NCBI GenBank assembly: GCA_038230215.1
Contig: JBBRNR010000003.1
Location: 100,836 to 164,835, forward strand
DNA length: 64,000 bases
Direction of reading: 5' to 3'
From: Chthoniobacterales bacterium
GTDB lineage: Bacteria > Verrucomicrobiota > Verrucomicrobiia > Chthoniobacterales > DASVRZ01
The position numbers and the translations under genes were made by a program. The notes beneath the pieces are model-generated. The model did no database searches, was not told the origin of the DNA, and worked only from the letters and a program-made list of their open reading frames with translations. Below, piece after piece: positions 42,684 to 52,612 of the stretch; the stretch's first letter is position 1, and each line of letters begins with the position of its first letter.

Positions 42684-43400
42684 TCAGCTCTCGTGTATAT
42701 TTTGCCTTGCTGCGGCGGCTGCAACCCCTGCTAGGAAAGGAATATCGAACAACTCAAATCGTGAAAGTATAAATCGACCGTCCTCCCGCATCAGGATAGT
42801 CTGATGTCCTTCACTGGGCCTGTGGTTGCTCACAAAGTATGTTAGAAGATATCCTCCGACCACAAGACGGATACCTCGCTGACCATCAACTCTTACTTGA
42901 GAAGGAGGGACGATCAAACCTGGCACATGGACTTTATCCACCAATAAAGCAGTGATCATGCAGCCATATCTCCATGATTCGACTGGGTCAGAATTTAATA
43001 AAAACCTTCTGAGCTTTTCGGCGTGGGGGCCGATAGAGCATCCCTTCATCCATGGATTCGTGCTTACAGCAAAACGCCACAAGAGCGACATGAAAAACAG
43101 CTTCATCTTTGGGTAATCTGCGCCGCTGAGGACAAAGTGCTTTCCTTCGGCATAACCTGAAAGAGGAATCTCATCAGAAAAGAACTGCTTGGCGTATCCC
43201 TCCCACTTCGAAAATTGCGACTCGCACTGAGCGCACAATAACTTCTCTGAGAAAGTCTTCCCGAATCTCTTAAAACTGTTGGTAGAGTTTCGAAAAACGT
43301 AGAAGCAACCTTCGTCCTCTTTAAGACGTTTGAAAATGAAGTCGGGAACAATATGAGAATTGCAAAGCTTTCGATCTTCGAGACAGAGCGCACATTGCAT
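42684..43400 (-). CDS. HNH/His-Me-finger-like Cys4 protein (238 aa)
   Basis: MQCALCLEDRKLCNSHIVPDF ... LLCAQCESQFSKWEGY; same motif layout as 28214..28744; low GC. Confidence 0.5.
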   Translation of the reverse strand: MQCALCLEDRKLCNSHIVPDFIFKRLKEDEGCFYVFRNSTNSFKRFGKTFSEKLLCAQCESQFSKWEGYAKQFFSDEIPLSGYAEGKHFVLSGADYPKMKLFFMSLLWRFAVSTNPWMKGCSIGPHAEKLRRFLLNSDPVESWRYGCMITALLVDKVHVPGLIVPPSQVRVDGQRGIRLVVGGYLLTYFVSNHRPSEGHQTILMREDGRFILSRFELFDIPFLAGVAAAAARQNIHES

Positions 43401-43537
43401 TTGCTTTTCATGAACTCATAACAATGGAACTCAAATCATTTTTCAAAACTTTCGCGTTCTGCCATTCAACCGTGACAAGGAAACCAGAGCCTGGCGGCGT
43501 ATTTCAGATAGCCGCTTCCCGTTTGGAGCGCACCACT

Positions 43538-45286
43538 TTACCCATCGTCGCGTCCGCTCATGCTGACTTGGGCCCGCAGCAGATCGTGCAGCGTGACCAC
43601 GGCCAGCAAAGGTGCGTCTGGACTATCCGCCAGCACGATGGTGTGAGTGGTGGATTCGATGAGGAGCGACTGGCTGGCGCGAATACTCGTGCCGGGATCA
43701 GCGAATACGGCGGGTTGGAGAAGCGGTGCGCGTTGCTCTGCGAGTGCCGCGATAACCTCGCCACGCAGTGCGATACCTTGGACAACGCCGCTGTCCACCA
43801 CGGGAAAGTGGCTGTAGGGATGGCTCTCCAGCAGTGTCCGCAAGGCCGCCTCGGAGGTGTCGCTAATAACGATGGGACGGAAATTGGCAATCGCCGAGAT
43901 GGGGAGATTGTGCCAGGTCCGCAAGTCGCGCGGCGGGATGACGTGTTCCATCTGGTGGCCGTCCTGCTCGAGCACTTGCTCGTAGAAATTGCCATGGACG
44001 AGGCTGCGCGCGATGCCCTGGCTGACGAGTCCGGCGATCATGAGACCGGGCACGACGGAGAATTGGTGGGTCATTTCGAAGATGATGAGGATGGCGGTGA
44101 CGGGTGCCTGCACGACGGCGCCGAGGCAGGCGCTCATGCCGCCGATGGCGAGGAGCAACTCGTCGGAGCGGTTCAGGTGCAGGAAATGCGAGCCCAGGCC
44201 GGCGACGATCGCACCGCACATGCCGCCGAAGAAGAGATTGGGAGTGAAGATGCCGCCGCATCCGCCGAAACCGTAGCTGGCGATGGTGGCGAGCAGTTTA
44301 CCCAAGAGGAGGAGCGCGGCCAGTTTCCAGGCCATGCCGTGGGTGAGCGCGTCGGAGAGGTCGTCGTAGCCGAGGGCAAAGACGCCGAGGTGCCCGGTGG
44401 TTTTGAAAATGGTGATGCCGATGGCCCAGGTGATGAGCCCGCCGAGTAGTGGCTGGAGCCAGCGCGGGAGGAGGGTGGAGCGTTTCGTGTGGAGGCGCAG
44501 AGTGAGCGCGGTTCGTTGGAAAAAAATTCCGGCCAGCGCGGCGAGAGCGGCGGCAAAAGGCATCAGTAAATAAGCCCGCCAAGTCGGCTCTTGAAGAGAA
44601 GGCAACTCGAAGGCGGGTTGCGGCCCGATGAAGGCGTGGACGACGAATGCGCCGATGACCGAGGCGAGGAGGACGGGGCCGAGCGAACGGCTATTGAGGT
44701 CGCCAATGATTTCCTCGAGCACGAAGGCGACGGAGGCGAGCGGCGCGTTAAAGGCAGCGGCAAGACCGGCGGCGGCTCCGGCGGCACTGGCCGGGCGGCG
44801 GCCTTGTTTCGAGACTCCGAACGCCCCAGCGAGGCTGGAGGCGAGGTTGCTGCCGATCTGCACGGTGGGGCCTTCGCGACCGAGACTCTGCCCACCGCCA
44901 ATACTGATGACGCCCGCGATGAATTTAATCCACGGGATGTGATGCCCGGAGAGGCCGAAGTCTTTCCAATAGGCGAGCTTCACTTGCGGGATGCCGCTGC
45001 CCGCCGCTTCCGGGCAATACGACGCGAGCAACCACCCGGCGATGAGCGATGTGACGACGATCACACTCAGACTGACCCAGGCGAAGTGCCAGAAATCGCC
45101 TGCCGCAGGTCGCAGGTAGCAGATTTCGTAGAGTCGGCTGATGGCCAGTTGAAAAGCCACTGCGGCCAGGCTGGCAACGAGCCCGTAGAGGCAGGTATAA
45201 ACGACTGGTTTGGAACGACCGTGAACGTGGGAGAGTCGCGAAAAAGGTGCTTTAAGATCCATCCGGCCCCGAACATAGCGAACCAC
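43538..45286 (-). CDS. ClC-family chloride channel/antiporter with C-terminal CBS pair
   Basis: GSGIPQV, GREGPTVQIG, GGIFTP selectivity motifs; C-terminal CBS-like region. Confidence 0.93.
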   Translation of the reverse strand: MVRYVRGRMDLKAPFSRLSHVHGRSKPVVYTCLYGLVASLAAVAFQLAISRLYEICYLRPAAGDFWHFAWVSLSVIVVTSLIAGWLLASYCPEAAGSGIPQVKLAYWKDFGLSGHHIPWIKFIAGVISIGGGQSLGREGPTVQIGSNLASSLAGAFGVSKQGRRPASAAGAAAGLAAAFNAPLASVAFVLEEIIGDLNSRSLGPVLLASVIGAFVVHAFIGPQPAFELPSLQEPTWRAYLLMPFAAALAALAGIFFQRTALTLRLHTKRSTLLPRWLQPLLGGLITWAIGITIFKTTGHLGVFALGYDDLSDALTHGMAWKLAALLLLGKLLATIASYGFGGCGGIFTPNLFFGGMCGAIVAGLGSHFLHLNRSDELLLAIGGMSACLGAVVQAPVTAILIIFEMTHQFSVVPGLMIAGLVSQGIARSLVHGNFYEQVLEQDGHQMEHVIPPRDLRTWHNLPISAIANFRPIVISDTSEAALRTLLESHPYSHFPVVDSGVVQGIALRGEVIAALAEQRAPLLQPAVFADPGTSIRASQSLLIESTTHTIVLADSPDAPLLAVVTLHDLLRAQVSMSGRDDG

Positions 45287-45321
45287 GCCAGCCCTTCCAA
45301 ATATTTTCCTGGCAACTGACG

Positions 45322-46599
45322 TTAGAAGCTGACCACGGCGGCCTCGTTGTCGGAGAGCGCCTCAAACTCGTCTTTCGTTACCCAGCGTTCGGCAAATTGC
45401 GGACCCCAGGAATCCGAGATGGCGAGCTCACCCGTCTCTTTGTTGTAGCCGATGATGAGGCACATGTGACCCAGATTGGACTGTTCGGAAGTGGCCCGGG
45501 ATTTCTTGGATTTAGGAGTTTTCTTGAGAATTTCCTTCCACTGAACCGGGTCCGTGGTCGCTTTGCGCTGCGCCATTCGATCCGTGATGTCTTTCTCAAT
45601 GTCATCCCGCGCCTGGATGCCCCACATCACCGGGAGACCCTCGTCAATGTAACGGGCCAGATTCGTCAAACGCAGACCCTGCACTTTCTCAAAACGCCTG
45701 CCATTCGCTCGGGCAAGGGCGTTGGCAGCCTTGTAGGTGCCGCTTTCACCCGTTCCGCCACCCATGCCCGTCTGGGCTTGGAGCGCGAGAATATACATGT
45801 CCGCCGGGATGCCGAGGTAACGAAAATAGCGTTCCAAAGTCGCCGGGACGCAGAAGCCTTTCGGACCCTGATCGACCATGGGCAGGTGACCCACGACCAC
45901 GTCTCCGTTGGGACGTTTTTCCAGTTGGGCCGCCAGTTTGGCCTTCAACTCGGCGTCGCGAGTGGTGTTTTTCTCACTGCCCGCTGCCGCCGCTTCTGGA
46001 AGGATGCGCAAAGCGACAAATCCGTTGGCAAGGGTCGAGAGCAGGAAACTGTGTCCGCTCCAGTTCCAGGCCTGGATTTTTTCGTTGGCGTCGCCGCTCA
46101 TGGTATTGCGACTCGCCACTGGCGGACCGAAAAGAGTCGTGAGGTTAGCCGCCAGTTTGGCGCTGTCGGCCGCGAGGGCTTTCGGGAAATCACGCTGGAT
46201 TTCCCTGGCTTTGCGTTGCAACGAGGCGTGGGCGGACCCCGTGGCGACTTCCATGGATTCCGCGACTTTAAAATAGTCCCCGAAGTCGCCTTGGTTGGCG
46301 AAAATGAGGGAGAGACTTTCCGGTTTTTCAGCCCTGGCGTAAAGCGCCTCGGAATAAACATGGGCTCCCGCGACGAGCACGTCGGGCTTGGTGTAATTGC
46401 GGAAGCTGGCCTGGTCGCCGGTGTCGGATTCCTTGGGCCATGCCAGCCGCTGCGACACATCGGCTGCCGAGTCGTCCCAAAGCGATTCGTCGGCTAGAAG
46501 ATTCAGCCCGAGCGCCTTGTTAATGTCATCGAACGATGGGGCGGCGGAGACGAGGCCGGTGAGAACGAATTGGCTGACGAGAAGCAGGGGGATTTTCAT
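45322..46599 (-). CDS. Secreted protein with papain-fold cysteine-peptidase-like C-terminal domain
   Basis: Signal peptide; GFCVPATLERY (candidate Cys) and GHMCLIIGYN (candidate His); N-terminal half unknown. Confidence 0.5.
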   Translation of the reverse strand: MKIPLLLVSQFVLTGLVSAAPSFDDINKALGLNLLADESLWDDSAADVSQRLAWPKESDTGDQASFRNYTKPDVLVAGAHVYSEALYARAEKPESLSLIFANQGDFGDYFKVAESMEVATGSAHASLQRKAREIQRDFPKALAADSAKLAANLTTLFGPPVASRNTMSGDANEKIQAWNWSGHSFLLSTLANGFVALRILPEAAAAGSEKNTTRDAELKAKLAAQLEKRPNGDVVVGHLPMVDQGPKGFCVPATLERYFRYLGIPADMYILALQAQTGMGGGTGESGTYKAANALARANGRRFEKVQGLRLTNLARYIDEGLPVMWGIQARDDIEKDITDRMAQRKATTDPVQWKEILKKTPKSKKSRATSEQSNLGHMCLIIGYNKETGELAISDSWGPQFAERWVTKDEFEALSDNEAAVVSF

Positions 46600-46618
46600 G
46601 AATAGATCAGGATGGAAC

Positions 46619-47515
46619 TCAAATGAGTTTCTGCCAGAGCTCGCGTTCGGCGCTGGTGAGTGTGGTGGGAATGTCCACTTCTACGACGACATAGAGATCG
46701 CCGCGTCCGCCGTTGCCGCGACTGGGCAGCCCTTTGCCGCGCAGGCGCATTTTGCCGCCGGGCTGCGTGCCAGCGGGGATTTTTACTTTCACCCGGCCAT
46801 CGGGCGTCGGAACGAAGGAGTCTGACCCCAGAACGGCTTGTGCAGGCGTAACGGAGACGGTGTGAATGAGGTCGTCGCCCTCGATCACATAGTCGGGATG
46901 ACGCGAGATGCGGACATTCAAATACAAGTCGCCTGCCGCGCCGTGATTGCCGCCCGGCTCGCCTTTGCCAGCGAGCCGGATGCGCTGGCCCTCGCGGACG
47001 CCAGCGGGGATTTTCACCGTGTAACTTTCCACTTTTCCCTGCGGTCCGCGTCGGAAGGACACGGTGCGAGTCGAGCCCTGGAGCACTTCGTCGATGGTGA
47101 CCATGATGTCGGTTTCCACGTCCTGACCACGCTGCGGCCCGGCACTCCGCCGTCCGAATCCGCCGCTGGCCTGTCCGCCGCCGCCGAAAAATTGCTCGAA
47201 GAAATCGCTGAAACCCGTGCCGCCGAAATTGTATTCCTCAAAGCCGCCGGGCATGGGGCCGCCCGCACCACGACCGGGCATCTGCTGGTCCCAGTTGGGT
47301 CCGAGCGTGTCGTATTTCTGGCGTTTCGCCGGGTCACTGAGGACTTCGTAAGCCTCGTTGATCTCCTTAAACTTGGCCTCGGCGTTCTTTTTATCCTCGG
47401 CGACATCGGGGTGATACTTGCGGGCGAGTTTGCGAAAAGCCTTCTTCAATTCATCCTCAGTCGCCGTCTTGGAAACGCCTAAAATCTCGTAATAATCCTT
47501 ATACTGAACAGCCAT
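46619..47515 (-). CDS. cbpA: DnaJ-class co-chaperone lacking the zinc finger (CbpA-like)
   Basis: J-domain [32 protein letters not shown]-rich linker, no CxxCxGxG repeats. Confidence 0.85.
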   Translation of the reverse strand: MAVQYKDYYEILGVSKTATEDELKKAFRKLARKYHPDVAEDKKNAEAKFKEINEAYEVLSDPAKRQKYDTLGPNWDQQMPGRGAGGPMPGGFEEYNFGGTGFSDFFEQFFGGGGQASGGFGRRSAGPQRGQDVETDIMVTIDEVLQGSTRTVSFRRGPQGKVESYTVKIPAGVREGQRIRLAGKGEPGGNHGAAGDLYLNVRISRHPDYVIEGDDLIHTVSVTPAQAVLGSDSFVPTPDGRVKVKIPAGTQPGGKMRLRGKGLPSRGNGGRGDLYVVVEVDIPTTLTSAERELWQKLI

Positions 47516-47610
47516 CGCGCAGACTATGGACGAATCGCGGGGAAATTCAAACTACAGCGTCGATTTGCCCGATTGAACATCCGCCGAAAGCCAGCTAGCT
47601 TGGCCGCAGG

Positions 47611-48648
47611 ATGTCTTTCGGATCTTACGCCAGCAACCAGTCGGATTGGAATTTCCGCAAATGGATTGTGCCGATGCTGATCGTTTCGCTGACCTTGCAT
47701 TTCGCCCTGCTGGTGGCGTTTCAATACCAGAAGCTGAGTCACTTTGCGCCGGTGCAAACGGAGCGCCTCATTCCCCGCGCCTTTAATATGAAACGCGCCG
47801 AGATCGACCCGCGCATCCTGCAAAGCTCCGACTCTCAAAAGCCACAAAATCTGCCAGCGAAACCTAACTCCAACGTTACGAAACTGGCATCGCCGAAGAA
47901 GGCCTTCGAGAAAGCGCTCGACGAGATTCGTGTGGCGCCGGTCGCGCCCGATCCAGCGAAGCCTTTGGTGAATGAAAAACCCAAAGTCGATCCAGCCGCC
48001 GTGAACTCAGCCATGTCGCAGATGGAGGAGCGGAGTTCACATGCGCTCGAACGCGAAATGGATAATCTCCGCAAGGAACTGACTGCGCAAAAGCCCGCCT
48101 CGCTCAACCAGCCCGCGCTCACCGCCCAGGGCCTGGTCGATTCCTCCGCCGAACTGGTGGACACACCGTCGGATATCGCCTCTCGGTTGAAAGGCCAGAA
48201 CGCCGGACCCGATGTCGGCACGCCGGGTTTCTCCGATCTGGACCAGCTTTTGTCGCAGACCGGTCCGCTGCCATCGAACACCAAGCCGCTCAATTTTAAG
48301 GGCGACACGCTGTTTGCCTACGACAGTTACACGGTCAACGAGCAGGCGGTGAACAGCCTGACGAAGCTCGGACAGCTCATTCAGAAAAATCCCGGAGCCA
48401 CCTTCATCATCGAGGGGCACACCGATTCCTTTGGCGATCCCGGCTACAACCAGCAGCTCAGTCTGGCCCGCGCCGAGGGCGTAAAGGCATGGCTCGTGGT
48501 CAACATGGGCATCGAGGCGGAACGCGTGCAGACTCGCGGTTACGGCAGTGGTAAATTGCTCGTCCCTGTCATGAAAAATGGTCGTCCGACCACGGTCGAG
48601 GAGCAGCAGCTTAACCGTCGCGTCGAGATCGTCATCCGCACGAAGTGA
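47611..48648 (+). CDS. OmpA-domain protein with N-terminal membrane anchor
   Basis: C-terminal IIEGHTDSFGDPGYNQQLSLARAEGVKAWL. Confidence 0.85.
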   Translation: MSFGSYASNQSDWNFRKWIVPMLIVSLTLHFALLVAFQYQKLSHFAPVQTERLIPRAFNMKRAEIDPRILQSSDSQKPQNLPAKPNSNVTKLASPKKAFEKALDEIRVAPVAPDPAKPLVNEKPKVDPAAVNSAMSQMEERSSHALEREMDNLRKELTAQKPASLNQPALTAQGLVDSSAELVDTPSDIASRLKGQNAGPDVGTPGFSDLDQLLSQTGPLPSNTKPLNFKGDTLFAYDSYTVNEQAVNSLTKLGQLIQKNPGATFIIEGHTDSFGDPGYNQQLSLARAEGVKAWLVVNMGIEAERVQTRGYGSGKLLVPVMKNGRPTTVEEQQLNRRVEIVIRTK

Positions 48649-50186
48649 GTTCCAGTGGATTGAAGTCGTTACCCGGCTGGATGTGGCCGATCTTGCTGGC
48701 CTGCGGTGTCTTTGCATTCGTTTTTTCCCAAGGAACTCGACACAACGATTTCCCGTGGTTCTATCACACCGACGAGCCTTCCAAGGCGGAGCAACTCGTC
48801 AGCGGCGAGCGTAATTTTTATCATCCCGCATTGATGTTGAACTCGACTGACGCCGTCTCGCGCGTCCTCGGCGTGCCGCGCGAAAGACAGTCAATGGTCG
48901 TTACAGGCAGAACGATGTCGGCCTTTTTTGCGGCGCTGGCTGTGACCGGTTTCGCGCTGGTTGCGTGGCGTATAGGCGGGCTCGAAGCCGGAGTTCTGGC
49001 GGGTGCGTTCTGCGCATTGTCCGCAGATTTTTTCGACGCCGCGCATTACATGAAGGAAGATCCGTATTGGATCTCGGGGTTGAGTTTCACCTTTCTCGCG
49101 GCGCTGCATTACTGGAGAAAACCAGCCGCCGTTCCGGCCATTATGTTAGGACTCGCCGCCGGCTGGTCGGTCGCCGGAAAATATATCGGCTTCATCGCAC
49201 TGCTAGTCGCCGTCCTAACCATCGCTGGAAAAATGATCGCCAGCCGTTCCCGCAACATTCTTCCCCTGGCCCTCTGCCTGATCTCCGCTGCCGTCATATT
49301 CCTCGGCATCAACTATCAAATCCTCTCCGAGCCACAGGCCATGACCGCCGGTCTCGGCAAGGAAGTCGGTGCGCTCTACAACGAGCACCATCAGAAAAAC
49401 GAGAAATTTAAACCCAGCCGCTATCTCGATCTTCTGCAAGACACCGTTCCCGCCACGGCCATCGCGCTGGCTGCCGCATTGTTAATTTGCGGCCTTGGAA
49501 AATGGAAGCGAACGCCGCTGCCGGAACTGCTTTTTCTTCTACTTCCGGTGCTGCTGGGCATCGCGCTTACCTTCACTCCGAAAGGCTCGGCGAGATACTT
49601 TCTGCCGATCGGGTTGATGCTGCTAACATCGGCGGCGATTGCGCTGGCATTGGCGGTGAAAACACTGCAACTCCGCCCTTTTCCGATCCGACTCACCTCC
49701 TGGATACTCGGCGCCGCCGCTGCTTGCGCCATTCTGATCCCGCTCGGCAGGGAATACAAAGTCCGCCATCACGCCTTCTCCACCGACTACCGCAAAAATC
49801 TCGCCGACTACATTCGTCAAAACGTCCCGCCGAATGCCGTCATCGCCTCCGACCAGCGCGCTGCGATGCCGTCTGCCGACGATCCGCGTTACGCCGGTTT
49901 TCCCCATCTGCTGCCCAACAAAATGCTCATCACTCGCTATGTCGCCGACCTCGGGACGCTCGACGAATTGCTAACCAAAGGCGTCTCGTATGTCGTCGTG
50001 GCCAGCCGTGATGCCAACCGCCTGGGGAACGACGAAAATTTCTCTAGCGAGGACCAAAAGAAACTCCCCGCGCGGCGTCAGTTTTATCAGGATCTAACCA
50101 AACGCGGCACCGTCGAATGGCAGTCCAAACTAGGCGACAACAAATACCTCAACGCCTCACTCATCCTCTACCACATCGCGCCCTAA
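48645..50186 (+). CDS. GT-C fold glycosyltransferase (ArnT/PMT-like), paralogue 1
   Basis: Polytopic; first loop FYHTDEPSKAEQL; AHYMKEDP shared with the next gene. Confidence 0.6.
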   Translation: MSSSGLKSLPGWMWPILLACGVFAFVFSQGTRHNDFPWFYHTDEPSKAEQLVSGERNFYHPALMLNSTDAVSRVLGVPRERQSMVVTGRTMSAFFAALAVTGFALVAWRIGGLEAGVLAGAFCALSADFFDAAHYMKEDPYWISGLSFTFLAALHYWRKPAAVPAIMLGLAAGWSVAGKYIGFIALLVAVLTIAGKMIASRSRNILPLALCLISAAVIFLGINYQILSEPQAMTAGLGKEVGALYNEHHQKNEKFKPSRYLDLLQDTVPATAIALAAALLICGLGKWKRTPLPELLFLLLPVLLGIALTFTPKGSARYFLPIGLMLLTSAAIALALAVKTLQLRPFPIRLTSWILGAAAACAILIPLGREYKVRHHAFSTDYRKNLADYIRQNVPPNAVIASDQRAAMPSADDPRYAGFPHLLPNKMLITRYVADLGTLDELLTKGVSYVVVASRDANRLGNDENFSSEDQKKLPARRQFYQDLTKRGTVEWQSKLGDNKYLNASLILYHIAP

Positions 50187-50191
50187 CTCCC

Positions 50192-51703
50192 ATGTCTTCC
50201 CAACGCTGGCTGGCTGTCCTTCTTTCCATCGCGCTCTTCATCGGGGCGTTGCTCTTCTATTCGCGGCACAACAACTTCCCCATTTTCTATCATCCAGACG
50301 AGGAACAGAAGGGCGTGCAAATCGTCACCGGGCAGTTTAATGCGCATCATCCTCTGCTCCTGCTCGACACCGGCGGACTACTGCTACGCGCCAGCGGATT
50401 GCCGCGAACAACCGAAAACGCTGTCGTCTGCGGACGCTGGGCCTCGGCTATTTTCACCGCCCTCTCACTCGTCGCCCTCAGCGTGCTGGCGGGCCGCCGC
50501 GCAGGCTGGCTGGGAGCCATCCTGGCCGCCGTGCTGATCGGGCTGCATCCGCTGATTTACGAACTGGCGCACTACTGCAAGGAAGACCCTGCACTTTTGT
50601 TAGGAATCAGCCTAACATTGCTGGCCATTGACGTCTTCTCCGTGAAACCCACGCTCTGGCGAGCCGCGATGTTAGGTGCCGCCTGTGGAGTCGCCGTTTC
50701 TGGAAAATATCTGGGCGTCGTTATGTTGTTAGTCGCGCTGCCCTGGATCATCTGGAAAGGCAAAGAAATAGGGAGACTCGGGACTTGCATTGGACTCTTC
50801 TTCGCTGGGTTAATCGTCACGGTCGCGCTGATCAATTTCCCATTTCTGCTCAATCTCCAGGGTCTCTTCGGCGCGTTTGGCTACGAGTTAAATGCCGCTC
50901 AAGTGGGCGGCGCGAAAGGCCTCACCCGCGACGTGCCGCATGCGAAGTATCTCGGTGTCTTCGTCGATAATCTCGGCTGGCCACTCTGGCTCGGCCTCGT
51001 CTGCTTCATCGCCGGCTGGTTCCTGCGCAAAAAGGAGCGCCGCGCCAGCGATCTTGTCTGCCTGCTTCTACCGCTCGGCTACACCTTGCTGCTTTCGTTT
51101 TCACCCAAGACCGCCAACCGCTATTTTCTCGCCGTCTCGCCGCTGCTGATTTTGTGCGGCAGCATCGGCCTGGCCTGGCTCGGACAATTTCTCTCCGGCA
51201 AACAACGGCTTCTCGGCCAGCTAACCCTTCTAACCATCGCCGGACTTGCGCTTTGGCAACAGTGCGTCCTCACGATTCCTAACATCCGCAGCTTCCGCTC
51301 CGACTCGCGGATGGAAATGGCCGCGTGGATTTCCAAAAATCTGCCTCCTAACAGTGCCATTCTCGCGGAGAACCGTCTCTGTCTTACCAAGCCGCCGATC
51401 TGGAGCAAGACAGAGCCGCGGCCCGACTTGCAAATCTCCGAGAAAATTTTTGCGCCCGACTTTGGTTCCTATGAAAAACTCCAATCCAATGGAACTCGTT
51501 ATGTGGCCGTAATCCGTACTAGCTACGGTGGTTATCTGTCCGAGAAACGCAAGGCATCGAAAACACAGGAAGGCCAGCATCAGCGGCGCAGCACGTTTTA
51601 TCAGGAGCTTTTCGCCAAGGCCCATTTGCTCAAGAAAACCGGAGGCTCCGGCGTTTCGCATCTCAATCCGGAAATCCGGATTTACGAGTTGCCCGCGCAG
51701 TAA
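50192..51703 (+). CDS. GT-C fold glycosyltransferase (ArnT/PMT-like), paralogue 2
   Basis: FYHPDEEQKGVQI, AHYCKEDP; ORF-track start 50117 trimmed to ATG 50192 (MSSQRWLAVLL), 5 nt after the previous stop. Confidence 0.6.
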   Translation: MSSQRWLAVLLSIALFIGALLFYSRHNNFPIFYHPDEEQKGVQIVTGQFNAHHPLLLLDTGGLLLRASGLPRTTENAVVCGRWASAIFTALSLVALSVLAGRRAGWLGAILAAVLIGLHPLIYELAHYCKEDPALLLGISLTLLAIDVFSVKPTLWRAAMLGAACGVAVSGKYLGVVMLLVALPWIIWKGKEIGRLGTCIGLFFAGLIVTVALINFPFLLNLQGLFGAFGYELNAAQVGGAKGLTRDVPHAKYLGVFVDNLGWPLWLGLVCFIAGWFLRKKERRASDLVCLLLPLGYTLLLSFSPKTANRYFLAVSPLLILCGSIGLAWLGQFLSGKQRLLGQLTLLTIAGLALWQQCVLTIPNIRSFRSDSRMEMAAWISKNLPPNSAILAENRLCLTKPPIWSKTEPRPDLQISEKIFAPDFGSYEKLQSNGTRYVAVIRTSYGGYLSEKRKASKTQEGQHQRRSTFYQELFAKAHLLKKTGGSGVSHLNPEIRIYELPAQ

Positions 51704-51705
51704 AC

Positions 51706-52548
51706 CTAACTCGGATCCACTGCCTCGATGCCATTGTCGGTGAGGCGGATGAGGCGTTTGCGGTAGAGTGAGCCGAGGGCTTGTTTGAAGGCTTTTTTGC
51801 TCGTGGAAAATTGCTCGCGAATCACCTCCGGCGAACTGGCGTCGCTCACATCGAGGCGTCCGTTGTTTTTCTTTAGAGCTTCGAGAATTTGTTCAGTCAG
51901 CGAGCGCACTCGGCCATAGCCCGCCTGGGTAAGGCTGAGGTCGATTTTTCCGTCGGGACGCACGCTTCTCACATAACCGTCGAGCGTCTGGCCGATGTGG
52001 AGAGCGGAGCCGAGGTCGGATTTGAAAAGCAGGCCCCAGTGGGCGTTTTCGACGATGGCCTTGTAGCCGAGCGGAGTGTCGCCCGTGATCAGCAAGCTGA
52101 CTTTTTGCCCTTCCTCGTATTCGGGCGGAGTGAGATCCAAATGGGAGTCGAGCCGCGTGGTGGCGATGATGCGGTCGCTCTGGCCGTCGAGCAGGACGTA
52201 AACGACAACCACGTCACCGACGCTGACGCGCTTTGTTTGCTCCCGAATCGGCAGTAGCAAATCCTTCGCCAGACCCCAGTCGAGAAACGCTCCGAGCTGC
52301 GGATTCACGCTGATCACCTTCAAACTGGCAAATTCCCCCACTCTCGCGTTGGGGATTTCCGTGGTCGCCACGAGCCGGTCCTCGGAGTCGCGATGGATAA
52401 AAACCAGCACGTAGTCGCCGGGGCCGGTGTTCTCTGGCATGTAGCGGCGCGGCAGCAGAATTTCGCCGAGGTTTTCCCCGTCGAGATAGAAGCCAGGGGT
52501 GGCTTCGCGGATGATCTGCAGCGCGTTTCTTTGACCGATGGATGCCAT
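51706..52548 (-). CDS. S1-domain RNA-binding protein of the CvfB/YitL family
   Basis: Repeated S1-like barrels, GEILLPRRYMP, C-terminal winged-helix-like LGSLYRKRLI. Confidence 0.75.
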   Translation of the reverse strand: MASIGQRNALQIIREATPGFYLDGENLGEILLPRRYMPENTGPGDYVLVFIHRDSEDRLVATTEIPNARVGEFASLKVISVNPQLGAFLDWGLAKDLLLPIREQTKRVSVGDVVVVYVLLDGQSDRIIATTRLDSHLDLTPPEYEEGQKVSLLITGDTPLGYKAIVENAHWGLLFKSDLGSALHIGQTLDGYVRSVRPDGKIDLSLTQAGYGRVRSLTEQILEALKKNNGRLDVSDASSPEVIREQFSTSKKAFKQALGSLYRKRLIRLTDNGIEAVDPS

Positions 52549-52612
52549 GTGGAACGCAGTCTAGCCCGCCGCCATTTTCCTTGGGAGGGAAATCAGCGCG
52601 TTAGAATCAAAG

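Noticed and set aside
47551-47580. Possible third, partial copy of the palindromic element (ctacagcgtcgatttgcccgattg)
   Set aside because: Only about 12 nt resemble the element and there is no matching inverted arm.
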